Virus record (IMG/VR): IMGVR_UViG_3300013119_000619
Source of the DNA: an uncultured virus (IMG/VR IMGVR_UViG_3300013119_000619)
Lineage: Duplodnaviria; Heunggongvirae; Uroviricota; Caudoviricetes
DNA length: 64,000 bases
Direction: 5' to 3' (one strand)
Under the pieces are notes generated by a model. It saw nothing but the letters and a program-made list of their open reading frames with translations, had not been told where the DNA came from and did not search any database. Positions within the stretch are counted from its first letter, which is position 1. Every line of letters begins with the position of its first letter. The translations under genes were made by a program, and so were the position numbers. Shown here piece after piece: positions 1 through 9,871 of the stretch.

Positions 1-1244
1 GCTGAACCTGATGTTCCTGCTGAACCTGCTGATCCTGTACTACCTGCTGAACCTGCTGATCCAGATATACCTGTTGTTCCTGAAGATCCTGCTGAACCAG
101 TTGTTCCTGAAGATCCAGCACTTCCAGCGGATCCCGCTGAACCTGCTGAACCAGATGTTTGACCTTCAAGTATGATAGATTTAAGAGTGACTTCTCCTGG
201 ATTTTCTCCAGGTACTAATGAAAGACCATCACCTGATGTAACAGTAATTGATGTAACATTAGTAACAGAGTTACTTGATCCTCCTGACTCATCTATTGTA
301 AGAGGAGTTGATGCTTGACCAAATTCTAAATGCTCACCATCAGCAGTAACACGTAATACTTGACCGGTATCACCAAGAGAAGAGGCTGTGATTTCTTTGT
401 TTTCAAGTATTGATAATAATTGATTATCATCTGTATCACGTATTGTAAAATCAGTACCTGTTGTTGAAGCAAAACCAAGAATTGCATTTTGCGTTCCTTC
501 TCCAATTGTCAAACTTTGAGTTTTATTAACTCTCAGACTGTTTTTTATAATAACATTATTATTTTCATCTACTTCAATTATATCAGTGTTTAGGCCAATC
601 GTAATCGTACCTGAAGTTTGAGATACGGAAAAAATTGTTGTGGCTTCAATTGAACGAAATTGCATGTAAGCAGTTTCACCATCTTGGCGCATTTGCCTAA
701 ATACTTGACCAGGACCTGAACCTATGTTTTCGCCAAAAGATTCTTTACCACCACCTCCACCTCCTTGATATTCACCCCAACCAATAGCATTTACTTTTTG
801 AGCGGTACTTGCAGATTGTTGTCCAACATTTTTAAGAGTATCTTTGATGATTTTAATATCATCTTCTAATGGCGCAACATCTGCTTTATCTCCCTGAAGA
901 CCTCTCTCCCCTTGAGGTCCTTTTTCACCTGGGTCTCCTTTTTCCCCCTGAGGTCCCATAAGACCTTGAACACCCATTTTACCATCGACGCCTGCAGGTC
1001 CTGCTTCACCTCTCGCACCCTGAGGTCCAGTCTCTCCACGTTCACCACGTTCACCTTTTGGACCTCTGGCACCTTTAATCTCAAGAACTCTTATTCTTTC
1101 ACCAGTATCAGGATCAAGAACTTCCTTAAATTCTTCGATTAATTCTCGTTTTGCTCTACGAAACTCTTTTTGGGTATATGCAAGAGAGGCGGCTAGAACT
1201 TTTTGTAATTCTAGGCTCTCTGCATTATCGTTGTCGTTACTCAC
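1..1244 (-). CDS. Collagen-like / Gly-Ser-Ala-repeat virion fibre or decoration protein (3'-truncated by window edge; absent from ORF track)
   Basis: Hand translation: GTG at 1244 (5-nt gap after portal stop), frame open to position 1. (M)[27 protein letters not shown]..., 21 Gly-X-Y triplets at 885-1073 ([19 protein letters not shown]...), then [12 protein letters not shown] triplets from 152 to the edge. Confidence 0.85.
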   Translation of the reverse strand, partial: MSNDNDNAESLELQKVLAASLAYTQKEFRRAKRELIEEFKEVLDPDTGERIRVLEIKGARGPKGERGERGETGPQGARGEAGPAGVDGKMGVQGLMGPQGEKGDPGEKGPQGERGLQGDKADVAPLEDDIKIIKDTLKNVGQQSASTAQKVNAIGWGEYQGGGGGGKESFGENIGSGPGQVFRQMRQDGETAYMQFRSIEATTIFSVSQTSGTITIGLNTDIIEVDENNNVIIKNSLRVNKTQSLTIGEGTQNAILGFASTTGTDFTIRDTDDNQLLSILENKEITASSLGDTGQVLRVTADGEHLEFGQASTPLTIDESGGSSNSVTNVTSITVTSGDGLSLVPGENPGEVTLKSIILEGQTSGSAGSAGSAGSAGSSGTTGSAGSSGTTGISGSAGSAGSTGSAGSAGTSGS

Positions 1245-1249
1245 TTATA

Positions 1250-3004
1250 CTATTTCCGTACCGAGTTAAACACATCATTGAGAGTGTCTTTAAGTTCGTC
1301 ATCATCTTCTTCTAAAATAGAATTAAAAACATCTGATACTGTTTCTTTCAATTCTTTGTCTTTCTTTGCTACCTCAAATTTCTCTTCTATCTTTTTATCT
1401 ATATCTTCTAAAATTGGCTGTTTTGCGGAGTCAGGTTCTGTTTGATTATACATTGGCATACCACCACCTGCTTGTCCCCCCTCTTCATCTCTATTATATC
1501 TTGGATCATCTAATTCAGAAGAAATTGCATCATCTATTTCTCTTATTTGATCATCAGTTTGCCTCAATACGTGTTTACGTATAAAATCATGTGAATAATA
1601 TTTACCAGCATAGTCTGAAAGATCCCTTAATAAATTCATTCTATCTTGCATAAGTTCTGCATTTTTAACTTCAGCAAAATGACTATCATTTTCATAAACA
1701 TAATATACATCCGCCTTTAATTTTTTCCAATCTTCTCTTGATAAGATTCCTTTAAGTGTAAGTTGTCTATCAAGACATTCATTAAACATCTCACTAAATG
1801 CAGTTTGTAATTTATTTACAAATCGTGTGAACTTTACTTCATCTCTAGAAATTTCTGTTGCTCTACCTATGGTATAGTTTGCCTCTGATTCTAATCTTGA
1901 GATAGGAACGTTTAATGCTTTATAAAGTTTTTTCTGGAAATAAAGTATATCTTCAATGTCTCCAAGATTTTGTCCACCAGGTAGAGTTGATATTTCTGTT
2001 CCTCTACCACCTTCTCTACGAGGAAGCCAATAGTCTTCAAGCATAGACATATGCTTTCTGTCATCTCTTATTTCACCTGTATTAGCATCATAAACTAACT
2101 TGTTACGATACTTAGACATTAAATCTCTTAGATATTGTTCTGCTTTTAATTTTGGTAGATTGCCTACATCAATATAAAAAATTCTTCTTTCTGGTGCCCT
2201 AGAAATACGATAGATGACAAGAGCATCTTCCAACATTCTTAATTGATTTAGAGGTTTAATTGCTTTATGAAGATATGACAAGATCATAGATCTCTGACCA
2301 TTTAATAAGCCAGAATGTGTATATACAATTGCATCAGTTGCTATACGAATACCAGAGGCGGCTTGTCCAAATGTTGTGCTATATCCTTGACCTTGACCCT
2401 TGTAGAGTCCTTTTTCATTATATACAAAATATTCTCTGGTTTCTTTTTGATGAGAACCATAAGGTACTGTTCTTGTATCACCTTCTTTCTTTTTTGTCTC
2501 TCTAACTTTTCTTATTTTTCGAGGATCTAATACCTTGAGATCTTGTATACCTCTCTTCGGTTGTTGTTCGTCTATAACAACATGATAATAACACCTACCA
2601 TCTATGTACCATCTTTTGAATATATCAACACCTTTTTTATTAAAATCAAGAAGTCGTACAACTTCTCTGAATTCAATTTTTATTTTTTCTTTGATATTGT
2701 CGGATACATTTATATTATCGAGATTAATTCTAACAGGCGGGACTTCATGTGATGTTACAATTGCTTCATTAACAATATCATCAATGGCGGCTTCAACTTC
2801 TGCTTGCAAAGCCATATCACGATATCTATTAACTAACTCAAATTCTGTTTTGATTGTTGCATCTGTATCCAGATAAGTTCCGAACACACCACCTGATGAA
2901 ACAGGTAATGCTCCGTCCTCGTATTCTGGTTTAGCAAATGCTTGTAATGTTTTGGTGGGTTCTTGTTTTCGACCTATGGTGAAGCCAAACAAATCTATAG
3001 GCAT
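1250..3004 (-). CDS. gp20: Portal vertex protein (T4 gp20-like)
   Basis: Hallmark motifs IYRISRAPERRIFYIDVGNLPKLKAEQYL, EDYWLPRREGGRGTEISTLPGGQNLG; synteny after gp19. Confidence 0.98.
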   Translation of the reverse strand: MPIDLFGFTIGRKQEPTKTLQAFAKPEYEDGALPVSSGGVFGTYLDTDATIKTEFELVNRYRDMALQAEVEAAIDDIVNEAIVTSHEVPPVRINLDNINVSDNIKEKIKIEFREVVRLLDFNKKGVDIFKRWYIDGRCYYHVVIDEQQPKRGIQDLKVLDPRKIRKVRETKKKEGDTRTVPYGSHQKETREYFVYNEKGLYKGQGQGYSTTFGQAASGIRIATDAIVYTHSGLLNGQRSMILSYLHKAIKPLNQLRMLEDALVIYRISRAPERRIFYIDVGNLPKLKAEQYLRDLMSKYRNKLVYDANTGEIRDDRKHMSMLEDYWLPRREGGRGTEISTLPGGQNLGDIEDILYFQKKLYKALNVPISRLESEANYTIGRATEISRDEVKFTRFVNKLQTAFSEMFNECLDRQLTLKGILSREDWKKLKADVYYVYENDSHFAEVKNAELMQDRMNLLRDLSDYAGKYYSHDFIRKHVLRQTDDQIREIDDAISSELDDPRYNRDEEGGQAGGGMPMYNQTEPDSAKQPILEDIDKKIEEKFEVAKKDKELKETVSDVFNSILEEDDDELKDTLNDVFNSVRK

Positions 3005-3014
3005 AATAAGTTCC

Positions 3015-3068
3015 TTTGCGGGTGATATAAAAAACTTTTACAGTTCTTTATATTTATTCACCCACAAA
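3015..3068 (-). promoter_or_regulatory. Long hairpin between gp19 and gp20 containing late-promoter variant AATAAATA (3051-3058)
   Basis: Minus strand TTTGTGGGTGA...TCACCCGCAAA outer stem and TATAAAGAACT-GTAAA-AGTTTTTTATA inner stem, ending at the AGGA RBS of gp20. Confidence 0.65.
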
Positions 3069-3084
3069 TTCAGAAAATCAATAT

Positions 3085-3663
3085 TTAAACAATAGCATCA
3101 GATGACGATGGATTACCTGTACCTGTACTGGCGGTCCAAAAATCATACGCAAATGTTATTGTAAATTCCTGTATAGAATCATTATCTCCCCAATCTAAAG
3201 TAATTTCACTTAGATCTATTGGGAATAAATTTTGAAAAGAATAAGAACGAGTAGTATTACCTGCTCTAGACTTTGATAATTGATGTACAGTTGCAGTGGC
3301 ATAATATCCTTTTGCTCCAACTGATCCAAAGGCAGTTCTTCTATTATTGGTATGTAAATTAATGCCGTTCATCCATTTTTCCATAACTGATCTCACCGCA
3401 TAATCTTCATCATTAATAACAGTTACAGTCCAATCTGCAAAAGTTCTGTTACCTGCAAACTTAACTTCACGACCAAAATAAGGCACAACTACAGTACCAA
3501 TCGTGGCGCCAGGAATTGATGTTGCACGACAAAACATTTCAAAATCATTTCCTGGTTTAAAAAATGAAGATGATGTTGAACTACCAAAAACAACTTTAAA
3601 TAAATTAGGTCGTGCGCCATCATACGTCATAGCATTTTTAAAATCTGTTACATTAAAAGCCAT
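3085..3663 (-). CDS. gp19: Tail tube protein (T4 gp19-like)
   Basis: GARPNLF, PYFGREVKFAGNRTFADWTVTVINDED, FPIDLSEITLDW...EFTITFAYDFW; follows sheath gene. Confidence 0.97.
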   Translation of the reverse strand: MAFNVTDFKNAMTYDGARPNLFKVVFGSSTSSSFFKPGNDFEMFCRATSIPGATIGTVVVPYFGREVKFAGNRTFADWTVTVINDEDYAVRSVMEKWMNGINLHTNNRRTAFGSVGAKGYYATATVHQLSKSRAGNTTRSYSFQNLFPIDLSEITLDWGDNDSIQEFTITFAYDFWTASTGTGNPSSSDAIV

Positions 3664-3672
3664 TTAAATCTC

Positions 3673-5991
3673 CTATATTGCGTTAATTACTTCAGAAAAT
3701 TCTACACCAGAAGCAACTGCAACAAAGTTGAGGCTGATGAAATTAATAGATCTACTAGGTTTAACAAAAATATCTCCCCTAAACTCATTTCTATCTACTA
3801 CGGCAGGAGGATTATTTGTAGCATCACATACTACCTTAAAATCTAGTATACCTCTTCTTGATTGCACATCTCTTAAAAATGGTTCGATTTGTGAAACAAA
3901 TTGGGCTCTTGAAAAATCATCATTAAATTCAAATAATGAAAATTGAGCGGCATTTGCTATTGCTTTTTCAAGAATGATAAAAAGTCTTCTCACATTAATT
4001 CTATCAAAAGCGGAAGGTTTTGCAAGTAATGTTTTATCTCCAAATAATACTGTGCCTTGTCCAGGAAAAGAAACGACAGGATTTATACCTTTTACATAAA
4101 GATCATCTCTATTTGCTCTCGTTGGATCAAAGGCAAGTTTTGTAACGTTTTTCACATTACCTCTATTAAATCCAGCAGGTGAGATGTAAGGATTAATGTT
4201 ATCTGATGATGCACATAGTCCAGCAATATCTCCATTCAAAGGTACATATCTGTACACACCATTAAACCTATCAAGCATATACTTATAGTTTCCATCCATG
4301 ACACCATAACTTGAACTTGGTAGTCCAGATCTTCTAAGTACTGTATTTGTAACTTCAGATCCAGTTTGATTAACCACATCTGAACTTTCTGGAGATATAA
4401 ATACTACACAATCTTTTCTGCTTTCAGCAACTTCTTGAATGAGAAATGTCGCTAATGTATTAGTTGCTTCCCCAGATAATAAAAATGAAATATCAACTTT
4501 ATTTGGATCGGATAGTTCTTTCCATCCCATAATATAATCAGCATCGGATACAGACATTCCGTTATTACCCCCAGAAAAACTCTCGGTAATCATACCATTC
4601 GCTTGTGTCGCAGCCCCAAAGGTTCCTCTAAATGAATTATTTGCAGTGGTATTAGATGATCCTAAAGTATCACCCCAATTTAAACAAATTGTATTGTCAC
4701 CACCTTCGGCGGTTCTTGTTACTGCATCACCTTCTCCTGCGTGATTTCCCCATCTAATATAATTAGAGTGATCATTTACATAATCTTTATAATAAATGCT
4801 TTCTCCTGTAGATGAAATAGCACCATTTGCAACTGACATGGCAGGAAAAGTTTCTAATACAGATTTTGAAATAAGTTTATTTGATCCTCTCACATCTTTA
4901 GTTCCTGTCCAATCACCATCCTCATCAACCAATACAATATGTATCTCATCATTTACTTCTTTAGACCCACTGGTTTTATATGCATAATCACTTGTCAAAG
5001 GTTCTTTATCAAAATCACCTTTAAATTCCCATTCTCTTGTATAAGTTTTATTAGCAAAGGATAAAGTAAATGTGTCATCCACCGTACATTCAGTATCGCT
5101 TGTAATACCAGTTACTTTTCTTTTGATATCACCTGTGCCATCGTTAATAGTAAGAATATCGCCTACATGCAATTGTAATTGAAAGCGAGTGTTAGTTCCT
5201 GATAATGTATTTCCACCTGCGGCACCATCGACAACACCCATCATATTTCTTGAAGGTTCAGAAAATGCAGATCTTTTCAATCTTGTAATAGAGATAGTAA
5301 ATCCTGTTGTCATTGAACTAGCATCATTTTGAGAAGCAGTGAATTGAGAACTATTTGCAACTGCGGTTACTATGGCATACTCATCTGTAGTTTGATTAAG
5401 AATAACATCTCCTACTTCTAACTCACCATCAACTCTTCCAGCAGATGCAGTTGTTGCAACAACGGTTCCATCTTCTGCAACTGTAAAAGTACCAGTTAGA
5501 GCAATATCTGTGTTACCTGCAAGTGAAACAATATTATCTTGAACTTGTGTATTTGCTCTTGTAGCCATACATATAGATGTTTTAAAGGAGTTGCCTAAAT
5601 CACCAGCGTATTTTGCAATCCATGTTCTACCTCCTGTTCCTGAATCAGATAAAGATGCAGTGTTTTGATATTCTACATCATTTCTAACAAGAACTGCATT
5701 GCCGTTAGATACTGCATTGTTTGCTTCTAATGTATTAGCGGAACGTACAACTCTTAATGTATTTGCATATGTTAAAAAGTTTGCACCATTAAGCCAGTTT
5801 TGATAGTTGTCTCCGTTTGGCTTACCAAAATTTTCTACCAGTTCATCTTCAGAAGAAACAGTAACAATTTCGTGTATTGGCCCCCATTTCGAAATTATGC
5901 TCATCGCACCTTGCGAAAGAGAAGGAATAGGTACTCTGGTTGTTAAATCTATTTCTGCCGTTGATACACCTGGGCTTACTTGAAATGCCAT
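3673..5991 (-). CDS. gp18: Contractile tail sheath protein (T4 gp18-like) with inserted beta domains
   Basis: MAFQVSPGV..EIDLT N-terminus, SPAGFNRG, FGDKTL..PSAFDRINVRRLF, FEFND, DIFVKPSRSINFISLNFVA. Confidence 0.98.
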   Translation of the reverse strand: MAFQVSPGVSTAEIDLTTRVPIPSLSQGAMSIISKWGPIHEIVTVSSEDELVENFGKPNGDNYQNWLNGANFLTYANTLRVVRSANTLEANNAVSNGNAVLVRNDVEYQNTASLSDSGTGGRTWIAKYAGDLGNSFKTSICMATRANTQVQDNIVSLAGNTDIALTGTFTVAEDGTVVATTASAGRVDGELEVGDVILNQTTDEYAIVTAVANSSQFTASQNDASSMTTGFTISITRLKRSAFSEPSRNMMGVVDGAAGGNTLSGTNTRFQLQLHVGDILTINDGTGDIKRKVTGITSDTECTVDDTFTLSFANKTYTREWEFKGDFDKEPLTSDYAYKTSGSKEVNDEIHIVLVDEDGDWTGTKDVRGSNKLISKSVLETFPAMSVANGAISSTGESIYYKDYVNDHSNYIRWGNHAGEGDAVTRTAEGGDNTICLNWGDTLGSSNTTANNSFRGTFGAATQANGMITESFSGGNNGMSVSDADYIMGWKELSDPNKVDISFLLSGEATNTLATFLIQEVAESRKDCVVFISPESSDVVNQTGSEVTNTVLRRSGLPSSSYGVMDGNYKYMLDRFNGVYRYVPLNGDIAGLCASSDNINPYISPAGFNRGNVKNVTKLAFDPTRANRDDLYVKGINPVVSFPGQGTVLFGDKTLLAKPSAFDRINVRRLFIILEKAIANAAQFSLFEFNDDFSRAQFVSQIEPFLRDVQSRRGILDFKVVCDATNNPPAVVDRNEFRGDIFVKPSRSINFISLNFVAVASGVEFSEVINAI

Positions 5992-6027
5992 GTTTTTCTC
6001 CTGTTATTGGTGTAATTCTCGTACTAC

Positions 6028-6068
6028 TATTTATTTTTTTGAGTTTTTTAGAACGATTTTTATTTAGT
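6028..6068 (-). promoter_or_regulatory. T4-type late promoter variants upstream of gp18 (AATAAATA 6028-6035; ACTAAATA 6061-6068)
   Basis: Variants of the gp55 late -10 element TATAAATA upstream of the GGAG RBS of the sheath gene. Confidence 0.55.
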
Positions 6069-6072
6069 ATAA

Positions 6073-6080
6073 TATAAATA
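6073..6080 (+). promoter_or_regulatory. T4 late promoter TATAAATA, 5 nt before HNH ATG
   Basis: Exact consensus; ATG at 6086. Confidence 0.75.
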
Positions 6081-6085
6081 TAATC

Positions 6086-6505
6086 ATGAATAAGGCGATT
6101 GAGAGATTTGAGAAAAAAATTATTAAGACTGGAGACTGTTGGTTTTGGACTGCAAGTAAAACAAAACAAGGTTATGGTATGTTTTCATATGAGGGTAAAT
6201 CAATACCTGCACACCGTTTTGCTTATCTTGCATATAATGGTGAAATAGGTGACAAGATTGTACATCAACAATGTAATAACACATATTGTGTTAATCCCGA
6301 ACACCTCTATCTCACAACTAAAAGTGAGACCAGAGGAAAGTTTTATGTTTTAAGAATAAATCAAGAAATGATTTTCAAGGAATCTATAAGATACCTTGAG
6401 AAACTTTGTAAGTTAAGACCTGACTTGTGCGACCAAATAGAAAAATTAATAACGGAGATTAAAGATGCGACTAAAGTTCATAGAATTAATGAAGATAATC
6501 TATAG
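6086..6505 (+). CDS. HNH (zinc-binding, HNH_3-like) endonuclease-fold protein, probably catalytically degenerate
   Basis: CWFWT..GYG..AHRFAY...C-NN..CVNPEHL pattern; overlaps gp17 3' end convergently by 20 nt. Confidence 0.85.
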   Translation: MNKAIERFEKKIIKTGDCWFWTASKTKQGYGMFSYEGKSIPAHRFAYLAYNGEIGDKIVHQQCNNTYCVNPEHLYLTTKSETRGKFYVLRINQEMIFKESIRYLEKLCKLRPDLCDQIEKLITEIKDATKVHRINEDNL

Positions 6506-8123
6506 AAAATCGTTTATCAATTATCCAATTCTCGTCTCCCATCTTTTCATATTGTGGCTCTTCAAAATTTCCATCGATGAAACCGAATGGCATAACACTT
6601 TCTTCTAATTGTGCTAACTGCTCTGCCTCAAGTTTTTCTCTTAGATCCATATCAGTGACTTCTTTATAGTATCGTTGTTCTATCATCCATCCAAACAATA
6701 CAAGTGTCATCACAAGATCATCATGACATCCTTCTTCTGCTTGATATGATTGACCATGTGCAACAAATGTTGTCAATTCACTTATAGTATCTAAGTCATG
6801 TATTATAAGTTTGTCACTCTCAATAAGATCTTTTAGATTAGAGCAACCTTTACGTTTGACTTCTTTTGTAGTTCTTACACCGATCTGTGTGCCACCTCCA
6901 AAACCTCCACCAAGTGTTTGCCCTGCACGTCCATTGATTGTAGCATGAAAAATATTTTCATACTCTAAATCATAATGAAGTATGTCTCCTACCTGACCTC
7001 CTATATCATTTGTTTCGACAAGAACAAATGCATTATTATAATATCTTGCAATATTCTGTACGATTGTAGGAAGCACCATTGGTGATACATTAGGGTCTCT
7101 ATATTTTGCAACTTGTATATTTGGATATCGTGTAGTGTCTATGACAGATACGGCAGAATAATCAAGTCCTCTACCTCGTGCAACGTCAATAATACAGACA
7201 TATGAATGTGAAGGATCTACGTCCTCATAGATGTCAAGACTGTCTCGTTTTTGTACAGGTGCTTTGTATGCAAGCATTCTTAATTTAGTTGCGGAAATTA
7301 GTGTATGCTGGGAACCAATAAATTCACAACCATATTCTTGTGCAAATTGTACTTCACTCGTGTTACGTATTGTCTCTTCTTTCCATGTTTCATCTTTACC
7401 AGGAACCTGAGACCAATGAATGTCAATTGGTATGTAATCACTACGTCCTTCTTCCGCATCAGTCCACATTTTATAGAACATATTCAATCCTTTTGGAGTA
7501 GATACGATAAACACTTTCGTAGTTTTACCAGAAGAGATTGTAGGATATACAGATGTGAAGAATTGATCAGCAAGAGACGGTGGATCAATATGAGCAAACT
7601 CATCAAGAAAAATAATGTTAAAAGAACTTCCACGAACGGCAGAAGAAGATGTTGAGGCGGCAATTATCTTACTACCATTTTCTAATTCTATACTGCCTTT
7701 ATTCCATACAAGCACACCTTGTTGCAACCACTTAGGTAAATTTTCATAAGCAGTTTGTAATCTCTGCAAAATATCACGAGCAGTAGATCCTTTGTTTGCA
7801 AGAATAGCAATATTAACTTGCTCGTTGAAAATAGCGTAATGAAGAAGATAACTTATGATTGTTGTAGTCTTGCCAGTCTGTCTCGGCATTTTACAAATCA
7901 CAAAACGATTATTATGAAACTTTTCAATCATGTCTTCTTGATAATCGTACATGTCAAAATTCATAAGACCATGATCAACATGAACAATTTTGACAAACTC
8001 ATTACAAAAGTAAGTTGGATCGTCTTTGCATTTAAGATATTGTTGTAGTGTTTCCTCGTCATACTCCATTGCCACATTGGCGGCTTTGAGTAGAGGATTA
8101 CCTAAATATATTTCTCCTGCCAT
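6486..8123 (-). CDS. gp17: Terminase large subunit (T4 gp17-like)
   Basis: Walker A PRQTGKTT, Walker B IIFLDEFAH, STPKG coupling motif, nuclease motifs DVARG and HDDLVM. Confidence 0.98.
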   Translation of the reverse strand: MAGEIYLGNPLLKAANVAMEYDEETLQQYLKCKDDPTYFCNEFVKIVHVDHGLMNFDMYDYQEDMIEKFHNNRFVICKMPRQTGKTTTIISYLLHYAIFNEQVNIAILANKGSTARDILQRLQTAYENLPKWLQQGVLVWNKGSIELENGSKIIAASTSSSAVRGSSFNIIFLDEFAHIDPPSLADQFFTSVYPTISSGKTTKVFIVSTPKGLNMFYKMWTDAEEGRSDYIPIDIHWSQVPGKDETWKEETIRNTSEVQFAQEYGCEFIGSQHTLISATKLRMLAYKAPVQKRDSLDIYEDVDPSHSYVCIIDVARGRGLDYSAVSVIDTTRYPNIQVAKYRDPNVSPMVLPTIVQNIARYYNNAFVLVETNDIGGQVGDILHYDLEYENIFHATINGRAGQTLGGGFGGGTQIGVRTTKEVKRKGCSNLKDLIESDKLIIHDLDTISELTTFVAHGQSYQAEEGCHDDLVMTLVLFGWMIEQRYYKEVTDMDLREKLEAEQLAQLEESVMPFGFIDGNFEEPQYEKMGDENWIIDKRFSIDYLH

Positions 8124-8124
8124 A

Positions 8125-9474
8125 TTATGGGTACTTTATTTCGTAATTGATTGTGCCTTGGTCGGCATTTATATTTCCAATTGATGCTTTTGATCCTATG
8201 ATCTTTAACTCAATTGAACCTGTATTTACCAATCTAAAATGAACTATTCCGTTTCTCCATTTTGCATCATCTAAGTTTGCTTGATAAAAATTTTTACCTG
8301 CAAGTATTTCTTTCATTTGTGTTTGAGATTTTGTATCTGAGTTTAATTTTTTTGATATTGCTCTGCTAAAAAATGATGATGTAGACTTAGGCAAGTTTTC
8401 TATAATTTTATCCATAATGTTTGCTCCACCCTCAATTTTATCAGTATAATCACGTATTGCTTCTTCTACAAGTTCTGTTTGACTATTTGACACACCTGTT
8501 CTCATTTTATTGAAAATATCGTATGTTCTTGGTATGTTTTGTTTGTTTATTCCTAGAATTTTTCTAATACCATATTCATACAATACTTCTTTTGCTCCTC
8601 TTTTTCCTTCAAGTGTTTTTGCACTTATATTAATAGACTTTGCCGTTTTAGCAAGTTGTGAAAATACTGAATTACCCACTCTTATATCAGCATAATTTTT
8701 CATACCAGCAGGTAAAAGATTACCGAAAAAAGCAGCCTTAGCACCTACTCCATATTTGCTTGAAATAGGTATTAATTCACCATCAGTTAATCTCACAAAA
8801 CTATCAACGCCCTTGAAAGCATTATCTGTAGGAACTAAAATATCTTGAACTCTTTTACCAAGAAAAATATTAGGGTGACACACTGATGTTTGCCCTGATA
8901 TTGCTAATAATCCTATTAAAATTTCTCCAAAATAAGTACCAAGTTCATTTTTATGAGTATCAGATACATCTGTGAAATCTATTTCTGTATAATTACCTGA
9001 TGCAAAAAATTTTTCCATTTGTTCTTTTACAACAGGATATTTTTTACCTTTTATAGAAAGTCCATCTAATACACCGTCTTTGATTTGTTTTATAGTAGAT
9101 ATTACTTTAACTGGTTCTAATCCTGTAGACAGATTTACTTTATCGTCTTTACCCTCACCTATAAAATCTTCTGCTAATATATTTAATCTAGGAACTGTTT
9201 CTTTACCAGGCTTACTCGTTAATGGCTTTGCTACACTTGCGAATGGAAACAAACCTATTTTGGTATCATATATAACTCTGACATGAGGTGAAGTTCCTCT
9301 TCTATAAGTATTATATGTGTCTTGTTTGAGAACTTCAATTTCATCTCCTTCTGATAAAGAAACAAGAGAACTATATGTTTTTGCGTTAAGAAGATTGCCT
9401 GACTTTTTTACAGTAGTCTTAACATCAGAACCCTCAAAATATTTTTTCCAGGCCGGCTCTCCTGAACTACTCAT
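8125..9474 (-). CDS. Hypothetical protein, possible PD-(D/E)XK restriction-endonuclease-like fold
   Basis: 449-aa ORF coupled between gp16 and gp17; YFGEIL...GVDSF...ISSK spacing resembles an E...D...S-x-K nuclease core. Confidence 0.5.
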   Translation of the reverse strand: MSSSGEPAWKKYFEGSDVKTTVKKSGNLLNAKTYSSLVSLSEGDEIEVLKQDTYNTYRRGTSPHVRVIYDTKIGLFPFASVAKPLTSKPGKETVPRLNILAEDFIGEGKDDKVNLSTGLEPVKVISTIKQIKDGVLDGLSIKGKKYPVVKEQMEKFFASGNYTEIDFTDVSDTHKNELGTYFGEILIGLLAISGQTSVCHPNIFLGKRVQDILVPTDNAFKGVDSFVRLTDGELIPISSKYGVGAKAAFFGNLLPAGMKNYADIRVGNSVFSQLAKTAKSINISAKTLEGKRGAKEVLYEYGIRKILGINKQNIPRTYDIFNKMRTGVSNSQTELVEEAIRDYTDKIEGGANIMDKIIENLPKSTSSFFSRAISKKLNSDTKSQTQMKEILAGKNFYQANLDDAKWRNGIVHFRLVNTGSIELKIIGSKASIGNINADQGTINYEIKYP

Positions 9475-9871
9475 CCTTCTTTCCCTTCAGAAGTTTTTGC
9501 AATTCTGCCGTGCTACCAACAAACAATGCATTTGTAACTTTCTCAGGAACATTTTTGACTTCTTTTGTAATGTCTTTGACTTGTTGATGAAGATTCAATA
9601 GATTATTATTTTGTTCCCCAATAACTTTAATGAGTTGACCAACAACTTCATACATTCTTGCATTACCATTTTCTTTTGCTTCCATGAGTAATTCATCAAG
9701 AGCATCATGCCCACGTTCAATCACATTGTAATAATTTTCTCTTGCATATTGATAGTCTGTGTCTAATTCATCATCACTTTTACGAGGTTCAATCTTTGGT
9801 GGTTTCTCTCGTTCAATCACCGCATTTTCTGCAACATTTAATATCTTGTCTAAATCTTCAAATCCACTCAT
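9467..9871 (-). CDS. gp16: Terminase small subunit (T4 gp16-like)
   Basis: DYQYARENYY, ARMYEVVGQLIK, NALFVGSTAELQKLL. Confidence 0.95.
   Translation of the reverse strand: MSGFEDLDKILNVAENAVIEREKPPKIEPRKSDDELDTDYQYARENYYNVIERGHDALDELLMEAKENGNARMYEVVGQLIKVIGEQNNNLLNLHQQVKDITKEVKNVPEKVTNALFVGSTAELQKLLKGKKDE

Noticed and set aside
1..152. CRISPR array or non-coding satellite
   Set aside because: 9-bp periodicity is Gly-Ser-x codons with synonymous variation; no repeat-spacer pattern seen anywhere in the window.
866..1142. Track ORFs 866-1084 (-) and 912-1142 (+)
   Set aside because: Off-frame and antisense shadows of the collagen-coding frame.
6486..8123. Intein or intron in terminase
   Set aside because: Continuous ORF of normal size with no intein terminal motifs.
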